From the IMG/VR virus record IMGVR_UViG_3300010262_000127: 5,925 nt of DNA. One strand, 5' to 3'. Of this stretch, positions 5,638-5,925 are shown piece after piece (positions within the stretch are counted from its first letter, which is position 1; each line of letters starts with the position of its first letter). Position numbers and translations under genes: made by a program. Below the pieces are notes generated by a model. That model worked only from the letters and a program-made list of their open reading frames with translations. It was not told the origin of the DNA and ran no database searches. This stretch comes from a virus. Taxonomy: Duplodnaviria > Heunggongvirae > Uroviricota > Caudoviricetes.

Positions 5638-5925
5638 TCATGCTAGACATATGTAGGTTAGCCTCTTACGCGCCGAAAGGCAAGGAGATGTATGGGTCCA
5701 CCACATATTGCAATTTTTATTCTCTTTTAAAATATATTCCACGGGCGTCATTAGTGCGAGCGCCTTGTGGGGTCTTTTGCTGTTATACAGCACCAGATAT
5801 TCCGCCAGCTTCTGGTTAAATAGCGCCAGATCTTCAAAGAGTAAAATCTCATTAAATTCAATAAACTGCTCTCTTAACGTCCGGTTAAAACGTTCACAGA
5901 TAGCGTTCATTTTTGGCGTGTAGGG
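5638..5925 (-). CDS. DDE transposase / integrase catalytic-core (rve-type) protein, C-terminal portion only; the gene continues beyond the window edge
   Basis: The minus-strand frame is open from the window end (..PLHAKMNAICERFNRTLREQ...YLVLYNSKRPHKALALMTPVEYILKE..) to the stop at 5638-5640. The motif ERFNRTL followed by YN..RPH.AL...TP.EY is characteristic of the C-terminus of rve-domain transposases (IS481-like by eye). The M reported at 5910 by the ORF track is an internal residue. Confidence 0.65.
   Translation of the reverse strand, partial: PYTPKMNAICERFNRTLREQFIEFNEILLFEDLALFNQKLAEYLVLYNSKRPHKALALMTPVEYILKENKNCNMWWTHTSPCLSARKRLTYICLA

Noticed and set aside
5708-5923. Plus-strand ORF 5708..5923 (71 aa)
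   Set aside because: Antisense to the transposase fragment, which has a recognisable rve C-terminal motif; likely a shadow ORF.

Overview
The window reads as the immunity and early-replication module of a lambdoid (Rac-like) enterobacterial prophage, followed by a small-ORF and palindrome-rich spacer and the 3' end of a DDE transposase gene that runs off the right edge. All calls are from reading the sequence and ORF track by eye; no searches were run. Gene order: a small minus-strand ORF (19-255); a CI-type repressor (440-859, minus); a divergent operator/promoter region (860-959); a Cro/YdaS-like HTH gene (960-1241); a YdaT/CII-like gene (1225-1650); a replication initiator with internal iteron-like repeats (1673-2635); a DnaC-like helicase loader (2642-3382); a winged-helix gene apparently split by a frameshift at a G7 tract (3408-3836 plus 3838-4179); a hypothetical gene (4195-4590); a DUF551-like gene (4587-5231); two small hydrophobic ORFs with strong Shine-Dalgarno (SD) sites that are absent from the ORF track (5228-5311, 5347-5451); a perfect 20-bp palindrome; and the transposase fragment (5638-5925, minus). 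No rRNA, tRNA or CRISPR array was seen. The most notable observations are a 12-bp operator motif present in four copies at two sites about 500 bp apart flanking the repressor gene, the frameshift at the homopolymer, the iterons inside the initiator gene, and the two small membrane-peptide ORFs.
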